Below, piece by piece: positions 47,187 to 55,961 of a stretch of DNA of 64,000 nt; position 1 is the stretch's first letter, and every line of letters starts with the position of its first letter. This DNA is from Candidatus Multivorans sp. GTDB lineage: Bacteria; Acidobacteriota; Thermoanaerobaculia; Multivoradales; Multivoraceae. Location of the stretch: contig CBDCRA010000005.1 in the NCBI GenBank assembly GCA_965220845.1, positions 16-64,015 on the forward strand, given 5' to 3'. The position numbers and the translations under genes were made by a program. The notes beneath the pieces were generated by a model. That model saw nothing but the letters and a program-made list of their open reading frames with translations. It did not search any database and was not told where the DNA came from.

Positions 47187-48454
47187 TGATGTGGCCGGAA
47201 CAGCCTCTAGGTGCTCTATGCGTCCCTACGGACCAACGTGACCCTCGACGAGCCCCCACGGACACGTTTCGCTACGTAGACATCGCCGGAATCGACCGGG
47301 CGTCCAAGACGATCAAGCCACCCCCGATACTCCAAGGCGCGAAAGCTCCAAGCCGGGCTCGGAAGGTCATTCGTGGGGACGACGTGCTCGTCTCCACCGT
47401 GCGGCCCAACCTAAACGCGGTCGCGCTAGTCCCAAAGGAACTCGACGGCGAGATCGCGTCCACGGGATTCTGCGTCCTTCGGGCGAATCGGCAGGTTCTT
47501 GAACCTCGATACCTCTACTACCGGGTCGCGGCTCCCGACTTCGTCGCTGAGTTGAGCTCGAAGGTCCGTGGTGCCAGCTACCCGGCGGTGTCAGACCGCG
47601 ACGTCAAGAACCTGAAGATCGGACTTCCCAGCGTTTCCGAGCAGCGCCGGATTGTCACTCTGCTCGATCAGGCCAACCGCCTCCGACAACTCCGGTCCGA
47701 AGCCGACGAGAGAGCAGAGCGAGTTCTGCCGGTTCTCCTGACGCGCATCCTGGGTCGTCCTGAGACGTGGCCAGGTGACTCGGGCTGCAAGCCCCTGGGC
47801 TCACTGGCGTCTTTCGTCAGTGGAGCGACCCCGCCCAAGTCAGTCGAGGGTTTCTGGCAGGGCGGCGTGCCCTGGGTGTCGCCCAAGGACATGAAGACGG
47901 ACTTCCTCTCGGACAGCCAGGACCATGTCTCAGAGGCTGCAGTCCAGGAAACCAACTTGAGGTTGATCGAGCGAGGTAGCACGCTTGTCGTCGTGCGGGG
48001 GATGATCCTCGCCCGCACTGTTCCACTGGCGATCAACTTGACTGCCGTGACAATCAACCAGGACATTAAGGCGCTCCTTCCGAAGAGGGGACCGATCAAT
48101 GGCACCTACCTCTGGGCGGCACTCACCGTGGCGAAGCATCAGTTGAGAGGTCTCGTCCGGACTGCGGGACATGGCACGCGGAAGCTCGACACACCCGACC
48201 TCATGCAGTTCTGGATTCCTCTTCCAACGCTCGATCAGATCCGACAGGTGAGTTCCGCTGTTGAAACTCATCGGCATCTCGGCGAGAGCCGGCAGAAGGG
48301 CGCGCTGGCGATCAACCGCCTTTTCCGGCTGCTCTTGAGCCGGGCCTTCAGCGGTTCTCTGACGTCCGTCTGGCGCGAAGGCCAAGCTGTGGAGCTACTC
48401 GAGGAGAGTTCGCGCGACCACTCTGGCTCCGGCCACATGGAGGGTCTGGCGTGA
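47183..48454 (+). CDS. hsdS: Type I R-M specificity subunit (HsdS), two target-recognition domains
   Basis: Two TRDs separated and followed by conserved coiled regions (RLRQLRSEADERAER ... NRLFRLLLSRAFSG). 4-nt overlap with hsdM. Confidence 0.85.
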   Translation: MMMWPEQPLGALCVPTDQRDPRRAPTDTFRYVDIAGIDRASKTIKPPPILQGAKAPSRARKVIRGDDVLVSTVRPNLNAVALVPKELDGEIASTGFCVLRANRQVLEPRYLYYRVAAPDFVAELSSKVRGASYPAVSDRDVKNLKIGLPSVSEQRRIVTLLDQANRLRQLRSEADERAERVLPVLLTRILGRPETWPGDSGCKPLGSLASFVSGATPPKSVEGFWQGGVPWVSPKDMKTDFLSDSQDHVSEAAVQETNLRLIERGSTLVVVRGMILARTVPLAINLTAVTINQDIKALLPKRGPINGTYLWAALTVAKHQLRGLVRTAGHGTRKLDTPDLMQFWIPLPTLDQIRQVSSAVETHRHLGESRQKGALAINRLFRLLLSRAFSGSLTSVWREGQAVELLEESSRDHSGSGHMEGLA

Positions 48455-50235
48455 GCCTTGCCGCCCTTCGGCTCGCCAACTTCAAGGCGTTCGGGCCATC
48501 TCAGCGGGTTCCGTTGCGGCCGATCACGCTCGTGTTCGGAGCCAACAGTTCTGGAAAGTCCTCGATACTGCATGCGATGGCACTCGCGCACCATGCGGTT
48601 GAGACAGGCGACCTCGATACACAAAGGACACGTGTGGGCGGCGAGTCCGTGGATCTGGGCGGCTTCCGCCAGTACGTGCATCGGGGACAACTCGACAGTC
48701 AAGTGGAGATGGCGTTCGAGCTGGATCCAGGGAAGCTCTCGGGGAAGCTGGCGAGTTTACTGGGAGCGGCCCGTGTGCCGCTCGTTGAGCTTGCGATCGG
48801 GGGCCGCTTCGCCTACTTGAGGGAAACGGTTTACGGGAGACGAGACCTCGACTGGGAAAGGGCCTTTGGCGGCGTCGGTGTCGAACGCTTCACGCTGGAA
48901 GTTGACGGCGCTTCGATGCTCTCGATGAGTACGCGCGTCGACGGTGACCTCAGGCTCGATCGGCTGGACCACGCGCATCCGGTGTTCCGTGAGATCTTCC
49001 GCGGGATTCTGGCCCTCGCCACGACGGCGCGTACGGTGCGGGAGGACGACTTCACCGAGCTGGCTCCCGTGCTGGACGCGCTGGCTCCGGACACGACAGC
49101 TCGTAGGGAGGGCCTGTTCCCTCGAATCGAGAATCCGAACGCCGAGAAGGTCGGGAGAAGCAACAGCCTCCTACCTGTCAGCAGCGGGCGCCGCCGGGAA
49201 GATCTGGCAGGGGCGGCGCGGCTCCTCTTGCCTGCCGTCCTGCACGATCTGGTAGGCGGCCTTTCGACCGCGCTAGAGGACGAGATTCGCCGGCTTCGCT
49301 ACTTGGGACCGCTGAGGTCCTATCCCCCGCGGCACCTGGCCTTCTCGCAGCACCATGACGCGAACTGGTTGGCGGGAGGCGGCTACGCCTGGGATGTTGT
49401 GCGCACGCGCAAGGACATCAGGGATCGCGTGAACCAATGGCTCGGGGACGCGGACCATATGAAGACGCCCTATGAACTGAAGGTTCGCGAACTGCTGCCT
49501 GCAGATACGCTCGCCCCCCAACTTGCAACTGGCCTTGCGGATTCGCTGAAGGACCTGACGCGAAGACTACTGGTGGAGTTGGAGGGTGACGGTCGGTCTG
49601 AGGCACTCTCGCTGGCGCTTGAGTCGGTCCGTCAGGAGATCGAGTGGGGATCTGTCGACGTCGGCGACTTGAGTGACATCGATGTCGGAGAGCTGGTTGG
49701 ATCGCTTCTCGACGCGGAGCCGACGAGCGAAGAGTGGGTTCAGAGAATCGTCGAAGCCCGCCGTGAGATCATCCAGGATCTGGTTCTGGTCGACAAGCGC
49801 TCCAACACTCCTGTGAGCCACCGCGACGTAGGAATCGGCGTGAGCCAGGTCCTGCCGGTGCTGGTCTCCGCCTACGCCTCTGCGGCGAAGCTCATCGCCA
49901 TCGAGCAACCCGAAATTCACCTGCATCCGGCCCTCCAAGCGGAACTTGGCGACGTGTTCCTTGAGTCGGCACTGGGCGAGTCCGCCAACCGGTTCCTCAT
50001 CGAGACGCACAGCGAGCACCTCATCCTGAGAATTCTGCGCCGCATCCGCGAAACGTCGGAGGGCGACCTACGGCCGGACGCGAGGCCGGTCAGACCCGAG
50101 GACGTAGCGGTCCTCTACGTTCAGCCAGGGCCGGAGGGCGCCGAGATCATCGAACTGCCGATCACGCCAGACGGCGAGTTCGAGCGTCGGTGGCCTGACG
50201 GGTTCTTCGCCGAGCGGGCGAAAGAGCTCTTCTGA
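48451..50235 (+). CDS. ABC/OLD-type AAA_21 ATPase with large insertion (DUF3696-like C-terminus); candidate abortive-infection ATPase (AbiLi/RloA-like)
   Basis: Walker A GANSSGKSS at the N-terminus. Walker B/D-loop/H-loop at the C-terminus (LIAIEQPEIHLHP ... IETHSEH). No TOPRIM domain. Start overlaps the hsdS stop. Confidence 0.7.
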   Translation: MSLAALRLANFKAFGPSQRVPLRPITLVFGANSSGKSSILHAMALAHHAVETGDLDTQRTRVGGESVDLGGFRQYVHRGQLDSQVEMAFELDPGKLSGKLASLLGAARVPLVELAIGGRFAYLRETVYGRRDLDWERAFGGVGVERFTLEVDGASMLSMSTRVDGDLRLDRLDHAHPVFREIFRGILALATTARTVREDDFTELAPVLDALAPDTTARREGLFPRIENPNAEKVGRSNSLLPVSSGRRREDLAGAARLLLPAVLHDLVGGLSTALEDEIRRLRYLGPLRSYPPRHLAFSQHHDANWLAGGGYAWDVVRTRKDIRDRVNQWLGDADHMKTPYELKVRELLPADTLAPQLATGLADSLKDLTRRLLVELEGDGRSEALSLALESVRQEIEWGSVDVGDLSDIDVGELVGSLLDAEPTSEEWVQRIVEARREIIQDLVLVDKRSNTPVSHRDVGIGVSQVLPVLVSAYASAAKLIAIEQPEIHLHPALQAELGDVFLESALGESANRFLIETHSEHLILRILRRIRETSEGDLRPDARPVRPEDVAVLYVQPGPEGAEIIELPITPDGEFERRWPDGFFAERAKELF

Positions 50236-50237
50236 CG

Positions 50238-51173
50238 GTGATTCGGGAGTACGCACTCGAACCCGAGATGGTAGCCAAGGCGGACCGAATCCTCGGTGGC
50301 CGCCTGCGCTCGGGTTTCAAGATGGGCAAGGGGAGGATCCTCGCGCGCTACCCGAAGAAGTGGAAGCGGCAAGTGTGGGATGCCTTCAACGACACCGGCG
50401 ACATCGACCGGACACGACTGGAAGTGCTTGTCAACGAACTCTTCGAGTTCGCCGCTGCCCGAGGCGAGGTCCACTGGGATCCGGATGCAACCTGCTGGCT
50501 CGACAACGCCGTGGTCGAGCATCAGCGTTTGCCGTTTCACGCGATCATCGCCCGATCGAACCCGGGGCGGCACTCGTACGTCGTCACCGCCCGGGCGGTT
50601 CTGGAGGGAACGGCGCCGCTATGGGCGGCGGTCGGCAGTTGCGTCGTCGAAAGGAAGGCCGATCTCATGGCCGACATGATCGCGCCGGTCCTCAAGAGAG
50701 GCTCGGTCCTCATGTTCGTGGACCCTCACTTCGGCCCCGAGAGGCCAAGGTACCGTCGCGCGCTCGAGTCCTTCCTCAAGCACGTGAAGGAGCGCACGGG
50801 AGCCCCGCCGAAGCGCGTCGAGGTCCTGACCAGCGCCGACAAGACAGGCTGCAGGTCGTTCTTCGAGACGGAATGCCAGGAGAGACTCCGCCAGTGCGTC
50901 CCGGTAGGAATGCGCGTCGCTATTCGCAGGCTCCGGGAGAAGCCGGGAGGCGAGGCGCTCCACAACCGCTATGTCCTGACTGAACTCGGAGGGGTACGCT
51001 TCGACTATGGCCTGGACGAGGGGAAACCGGGAACCACGGACGACCTCTCGTTGCTTGAGTACCACGTCTACGAGAAACGCTGGCGGCAGTACGTGGGAAA
51101 CGACGGAGCGCCTCCTCCGGCTTTCGACCAGGAGGGCGACCTGATCCAAGTAGTCGGGAGCCGCCTACTGTGA
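50238..51173 (+). CDS. Hypothetical protein, partner of the AAA_21 ATPase (possible RloB/AbiLii-like)
   Basis: 311 aa. Starts 2 nt after the ATPase stop. No confident motif. Family assignment is speculative. Confidence 0.5.
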   Translation: MIREYALEPEMVAKADRILGGRLRSGFKMGKGRILARYPKKWKRQVWDAFNDTGDIDRTRLEVLVNELFEFAAARGEVHWDPDATCWLDNAVVEHQRLPFHAIIARSNPGRHSYVVTARAVLEGTAPLWAAVGSCVVERKADLMADMIAPVLKRGSVLMFVDPHFGPERPRYRRALESFLKHVKERTGAPPKRVEVLTSADKTGCRSFFETECQERLRQCVPVGMRVAIRRLREKPGGEALHNRYVLTELGGVRFDYGLDEGKPGTTDDLSLLEYHVYEKRWRQYVGNDGAPPPAFDQEGDLIQVVGSRLL

Positions 51174-51595
51174 CTGCGACACCTTCAGGCCAGCGGACGT
51201 TGACGCGGGTAACCAACGAACTCCTCGGCCGCATGGTCCGCGCAATCGTCGACGAAGTGGACCCCGAGCAGGTCATCCTCTTCGGCTCGCGCGGCCGCGG
51301 CGACGCTTGCGTGAGCTCGGATGTCGACCTTCTGGTCATCGAGGCCGAACCCTTCGGACCCGGGCGCGGCAAGCACGAGGAGATGAACCGGCTGTATCGC
51401 GCACTCAGGGGCTTCCGCGTGCCGAAGGACATCCTCGTGTTCTCGAACGAGGAAGTGGAGTATTGGCGGGACTCCCTGAACCACGTCCTGGCGCGGGCGC
51501 TCCGGGAGGGAAGGGTGCTCTACGAGCGACCCGCAGGCGACAGTGACCGGCCAGCCAGACGAGGTTCCCGGGCGGCTCCCGAGGGAAACGCATGA
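51170..51595 (+). CDS. Minimal nucleotidyltransferase (MNT) antitoxin of a HEPN/MNT pair
   Basis: GS-x9-13-DxD motif (ILFGSRGRGDACVSSDVDLLVI). Confidence 0.85.
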   Translation: MTATPSGQRTLTRVTNELLGRMVRAIVDEVDPEQVILFGSRGRGDACVSSDVDLLVIEAEPFGPGRGKHEEMNRLYRALRGFRVPKDILVFSNEEVEYWRDSLNHVLARALREGRVLYERPAGDSDRPARRGSRAAPEGNA

Positions 51596-51993
51596 CCGCC
51601 GACCCGAAGTGCGCTCGAATGATGCTCGACTCCGCCGAAAGGGACTTGCGGTCCATGCGGCTTCTGGAAGAGGAGGGGCCGGAGGAGTCGTTCGGCTTTC
51701 ACCTCCAGCAGGCGGGGGAGAAGGCGCTCAAGGCATGGATCGCGGTCCTGGGCGGACTGTACGAACTCACCCACAGTCTTGAAACGCTGCTGGAACAGCT
51801 CGACGAGTGCGGCGCGGATGAAGTCGACGTCGATCATTTCCGCGGCCTCGCCGGTTACACGCCCTATGCGGTCGAGTTCCGCTATCGGGGGATCGACGAC
51901 GATACGGAACCGATCGACCGGGAGGCCGCCATCGCCCTGGTCGGCGATCTGCTGAAACACGTCGGCGCCGAGCTCGAGAAGGTAGAGGAGTAG
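51592..51993 (+). CDS. HEPN-domain protein (toxin of a HEPN/MNT pair)
   Basis: 133 aa. HEPN-like helices (GEKALKAWIAVLG ... THSLETL). 4-nt overlap with the MNT gene. Confidence 0.75.
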   Translation: MTADPKCARMMLDSAERDLRSMRLLEEEGPEESFGFHLQQAGEKALKAWIAVLGGLYELTHSLETLLEQLDECGADEVDVDHFRGLAGYTPYAVEFRYRGIDDDTEPIDREAAIALVGDLLKHVGAELEKVEE

Positions 51994-52038
51994 CGTCGCT
52001 CTCCGGGATGCCCGCGCTCACGCCCCGCGTTCGGCGGC

Positions 52039-54125
52039 TCATCCCGCGGCCGTTCCCGTCTCCACCGCTCTCGCCAGGCGATCCACCGTCGCCGCGGAAG
52101 CGGCGGCGCCCTTCATCCGAGGCGCGCAGTCGCGCAGCGAGTCCATCCACTCGACGTCCTCCGCATACTCGCGGAGCCGGCGCCGGTGGCCGGCGCGGGT
52201 CTTCGTGCAGACCAGGGTGTAGGGGCTGCCTTTCCTCTCGGTCTCGTGATCCAGGTCGAGGCGGTAGCCGTCGATCGTCCGATGGATGTGCTTGCGCCGA
52301 TCCTTCCGCACGCTGAAGCGGCCGACCCGCTTGTCGGGGTCCCGGCAGAACGCGAGCAGGGCGACGCAGTCCTCGCAGTCGCAGCGCACTTCGGCGGGCA
52401 TGGCCCAGTCGGTCGGCTCGGCGGGAACCTCGGAGCTGCGTTCCAGCAGAAAGTCGGCGGCCTGGCGCCAAAGTAGGGCGTAGGCCGAAGATCGGGCAAG
52501 CTCCTCGTCCTCGTGCATTCCCTCGAGCGCCGCCGGGAGCATTCGGCCGCGGGTCACGATGCGCGGATGGTCCTCCGCCAGACCAAGGAGGAAGTCGCCC
52601 GCCTCCTCCGCCCCGATCAGCGGCATGACGGCCGCCAGAGCCTCGTTCTCGGTGCCGTCGTACTTCGTCTTCACCGCGCGATGCAGGAAGTCCACGGTCT
52701 GCTCGGCGGCGCCGGCGGAGGCCAGCAGGCGGAGCATCGCGCCGCGATCCTGTTGCCGATAGTCGCGTTCGCCGAGCGGCCAGAGTTCGATCAGCCGCTC
52801 GATGACCTCCACGTCGCGTTCGCTGTCCGCGTCGCCCCGGCCCGTGATTCGCGATGCCGCCCAAACCACGGCCCCGTCGATGCCGCCGCGAACGAGCACG
52901 TCCACGGTCTTCTCGCGTGGCCAGACCACGAGCGCCGCTCTCCGATACATGTGTTCCAGGGTCGGGCCCTCGTTGCCGGTCGAACCCTCGAGTCGTCGAT
53001 CGTCCGGCTCGGCGTCGTCGAGGGCGCCCTCGGGAAGAAGTTCACCCTCGTTCAGGGGAATTTCGCCCAGATTCGGCCTGCTGCCATCCGTGGCCGCCCA
53101 CGAGTCCAGGACCTCCCAGCGATCGTGAACGTCGACCATCGTGGACTCGTCTTCCTCCACATTGTCCCAGTAGTCCATGACGAGGTCCGGCGTGCCGTAC
53201 TCGTGTATCCGAAGCACCGCGGCAAGGAACTCGCAGCCGGCACGCTCCGCCGCTTCCTGAAGCACTTCCGCCACGGTGGCGTCCGTGTTCTTGAGCGTCG
53301 CGAAGGACAGTCCGTCCTCGCTGTACTCGTGTTCGAGGAGCCAGACGATCTTGTCCGCGACTTCTTCGGAATCCTGCTCGACGCTCTCCGCTCGCCATTC
53401 CGCGAGGCACTCCGCCACGGGCGCCAGGAGGTCCGAGTAATCCGGCGCGGCCGGCCCGCGGCCGGCGGAGTCCAGGAACAGGTTGAAGACGAGCGAACCC
53501 GGTGGCCTTCGGTGACCGGCAGCACTTCGTGCGGACAGTCCGCGTAGAAGGCGGCGAACGCCAGTTCGGAGGGCTCGTCCGCGGTCATGTCGTGCGTGGT
53601 CTCGTCGTCGCCGTGGCGAACGACGATCTCGCCGCCGGCGCCCGTCGCCGGCAGCGACAGCGAGAGAGTCGCCACCATGCCGGGAACCTTCTCCGTGTCC
53701 CGATGCTCGGCAAAGAAGCCGCCGCGCCGGTAGACGAGCAGCTTGTAGAGCTCCGCGCCGAGCCGCTCGGCGGGCAGACCGAGGCCCTCCGCCACGAGTT
53801 CCATGATCTTCGCGAGCGAACCGGGCCAGGCTCGGCCCGAGAGGCTTACGTTTCGGGCATCGATCTGCCAGCAGTCGCGGACCGACGGGTCCACCAGTGT
53901 CCGCGTGCCCTTGCCGTAGGGCGCCCGCTCGGCCGCATCGGCCAAGGCCTCGATCTGGACCGGAGGAACAGGGAACGACAACTCGCCCACGCCTTTCACG
54001 ACGACGCGCGGCACGGGCAGAAACTCCCGCCCGCTTACGCAGTAGTTACCAGGGCGGTCGATGGACAGGAGCAGTTTCTCCAGCCGCTCGTGCCCTCGTC
54101 CGTACTCGATGCCTTGAACGCCCAC
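52039..54125 (-). pseudogene. 2OG-Fe(II) oxygenase N-terminal domain joined by an apparent 1-nt frameshift (~53493-53497) to a ~460-aa acidic Cys-motif C-terminal region
   Basis: Frame A (54125 -> ~53497) encodes a 2OG oxygenase (FFAEHRDTEK HxD; VVRHGDD; AFYADCPHEVLPVTEGHR). After the shift, frame B reads in-frame ...SLVFNLFLDSAGRGPAAPDYSDLLAPVAECLAEW... through to 52039. There is no stop codon in frame A near the expected domain end. Confidence 0.55.
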
Positions 54126-54153
54126 TCGTCTACGGAACTGTCGAGTCGTCCGC

Positions 54154-55818
54154 TCAGTTGTACCAGTAGATGTACTCGTCGTCCGGCGCGTCCGGATAGA
54201 GCAGCGTCTTGTCGATGTTGATCGGGGTCCGGGTGGCCCACGGCCAGATCGGCGTCGCCTGTTCCTTGTTGTATTCGGCGAGGAGCTTCTTGAGCGCCGC
54301 GACCCGCTCCGGCTCGGTGTCGGCGAGGTTGTGCTGCTCGGTCGGGTCCTTCGCCATGTTGAAGAGCCATACCTTCCCGGGCGGATCGCTGACCTGGAGT
54401 TTCCAGCCGTCGGCGAGGACGACCTCGTAGCCGCCGGTGCGCCAGAAGAGACGGTCGTGCGGCGCGCCTTCGGCCTTGCCCAGAACGTGCGGCACCAAGT
54501 CGACGCCGTCGATCGTCCGGTCGCCGGGCAGGTCGACTCCCGCCGCGGCCGCCGCGGTCGAGAAGATGTCGAAGCCGTGGACCGGAGCTTCGTAGACCTG
54601 GCCGCCGTCGAGGCGGGCCGGCCACTTCAGGAGGTAGGGCACATGGATACCGCCCTCGAAGAAGCTGATCTTCCAGCCCCGGAAGGGCTCGTTGACGCGC
54701 GGCAGGCCGATGTAGGCCGGCGCCCCGTTGTCGGAGGTGAAGAAGACGAGCGTGTTTTCTTCGAGGCCGTTCTCGCGCAGCGCCTCGAGCACCCGGCCGA
54801 CGCTGCGGTCGAGCGAGCGCACCATCGCGGCGTAGACCCGCAGGCGATGCTCCTCGATATGGGACAGCGCCTCGTAGTCGGCGCGCAGCGCCTGGAGCGG
54901 CGTGTGCACCGCCCAGTGCGCCAGGTAGAGAAGGAAGGGCCGGTCCTTGTTCGCCTCGATGACCTGGACCGCCTGGTCGGTGTAGTAGTCGGTCAGGTAC
55001 CCGCCGGGCTCGAAGGCGGGACTGTCGTTGAACGAAGCCTCGAAGCGCGAGAAACGCCACAGGAAGCGGTCGATCCCGTCGAACTCCTGCTTCGAGTTGA
55101 CGACGTTCGGGTCGTCCTCGGGCAGGTACAGACCGCTCCTCATGAGCAGGCTCTCGTCGAAGCCCTGCTCGTGGGCTCGCATGCCGTTGCCCGTGCCGAG
55201 GTGCCACTTGCCGATGTGCACGGTGTGGTAGCCGGCCGGCTTCAGCAGCTCGGCGAGCGTGATCTCGGAGGGCGGCATCCCCTTCTCCGCGAACGGAACC
55301 GAAGACGCTTCCTCGTTGGCGCTCGTCTGCCGGAGCCTGCCTTCCCGGTTCGAGAGCTGGGGCACCATCGTGGCGAATCCCGGCGGCGTCGGCGTGAACT
55401 CGAAGCCGAAGCGGGTGCCGTAGCGGCCCGTCATCAGCGCGGCCCGCGATGGAGCGCAGGTGCCGTTGGCCGAGTAGCCGTTGGCGAAGTGAACGCCGTC
55501 CCGTGCCAGCGAGTCGATGTTCGGGGTCGGCACCGTGCCGCCAGCGACTCCGCCGCCGAGCCAGCTCAGGTCGTTCCAGCCCAGGTCGTCGGCGAGGATG
55601 ACGACGATGTTGGGCGGCCTCTCCGCGGCGGGTCGGCCCATGGGGTCGGCGCCCGACTGCCAGTCGATCGTCTGAGTCGGACCGATGGCGGGCTGCTGCT
55701 GCGCGAGTTGGGTCGTGCCTTGCCGGTAGGCAGCCGCGCCCGCGGCGCCTCCTGCGAGGACAATCGCGAGACCGAGGCCGACCAGACCGCGTCGAGTCAC
55801 TCCGGAGCGTCGTCTCAT
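54154..55818 (-). CDS. Formylglycine-type sulfatase, Tat/Sec-exported
   Basis: C-x-P-x-R motif (CAPSRAALMTGRY). RR-containing signal (MRRRSGVTRRGLVGLGLAIVLAGGAAGAAA). ATG 55818; the track start at 55935 is probably over-extended. Confidence 0.85.
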   Translation of the reverse strand: MRRRSGVTRRGLVGLGLAIVLAGGAAGAAAYRQGTTQLAQQQPAIGPTQTIDWQSGADPMGRPAAERPPNIVVILADDLGWNDLSWLGGGVAGGTVPTPNIDSLARDGVHFANGYSANGTCAPSRAALMTGRYGTRFGFEFTPTPPGFATMVPQLSNREGRLRQTSANEEASSVPFAEKGMPPSEITLAELLKPAGYHTVHIGKWHLGTGNGMRAHEQGFDESLLMRSGLYLPEDDPNVVNSKQEFDGIDRFLWRFSRFEASFNDSPAFEPGGYLTDYYTDQAVQVIEANKDRPFLLYLAHWAVHTPLQALRADYEALSHIEEHRLRVYAAMVRSLDRSVGRVLEALRENGLEENTLVFFTSDNGAPAYIGLPRVNEPFRGWKISFFEGGIHVPYLLKWPARLDGGQVYEAPVHGFDIFSTAAAAAGVDLPGDRTIDGVDLVPHVLGKAEGAPHDRLFWRTGGYEVVLADGWKLQVSDPPGKVWLFNMAKDPTEQHNLADTEPERVAALKKLLAEYNKEQATPIWPWATRTPINIDKTLLYPDAPDDEYIYWYN

Positions 55819-55961
55819 GATCTCTTTATCCCTCCGGTGGATTGAAGGGCGTATCCTACGCGTTGCAGCAGGCTGCCGGTTGAGCCTCCACGGCATGGCT
55901 GGTACCGTCGCTGACCCCGAACCCGTACAGCGCAACCACCGTCAGAGGGAGCGTTCGACCC

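Noticed and set aside
51767-52864. 365-aa - strand ORF (Arg/Gly-rich)
   Set aside because: Out-of-frame overlap with the 2OG-oxygenase fusion region. Low-complexity translation.
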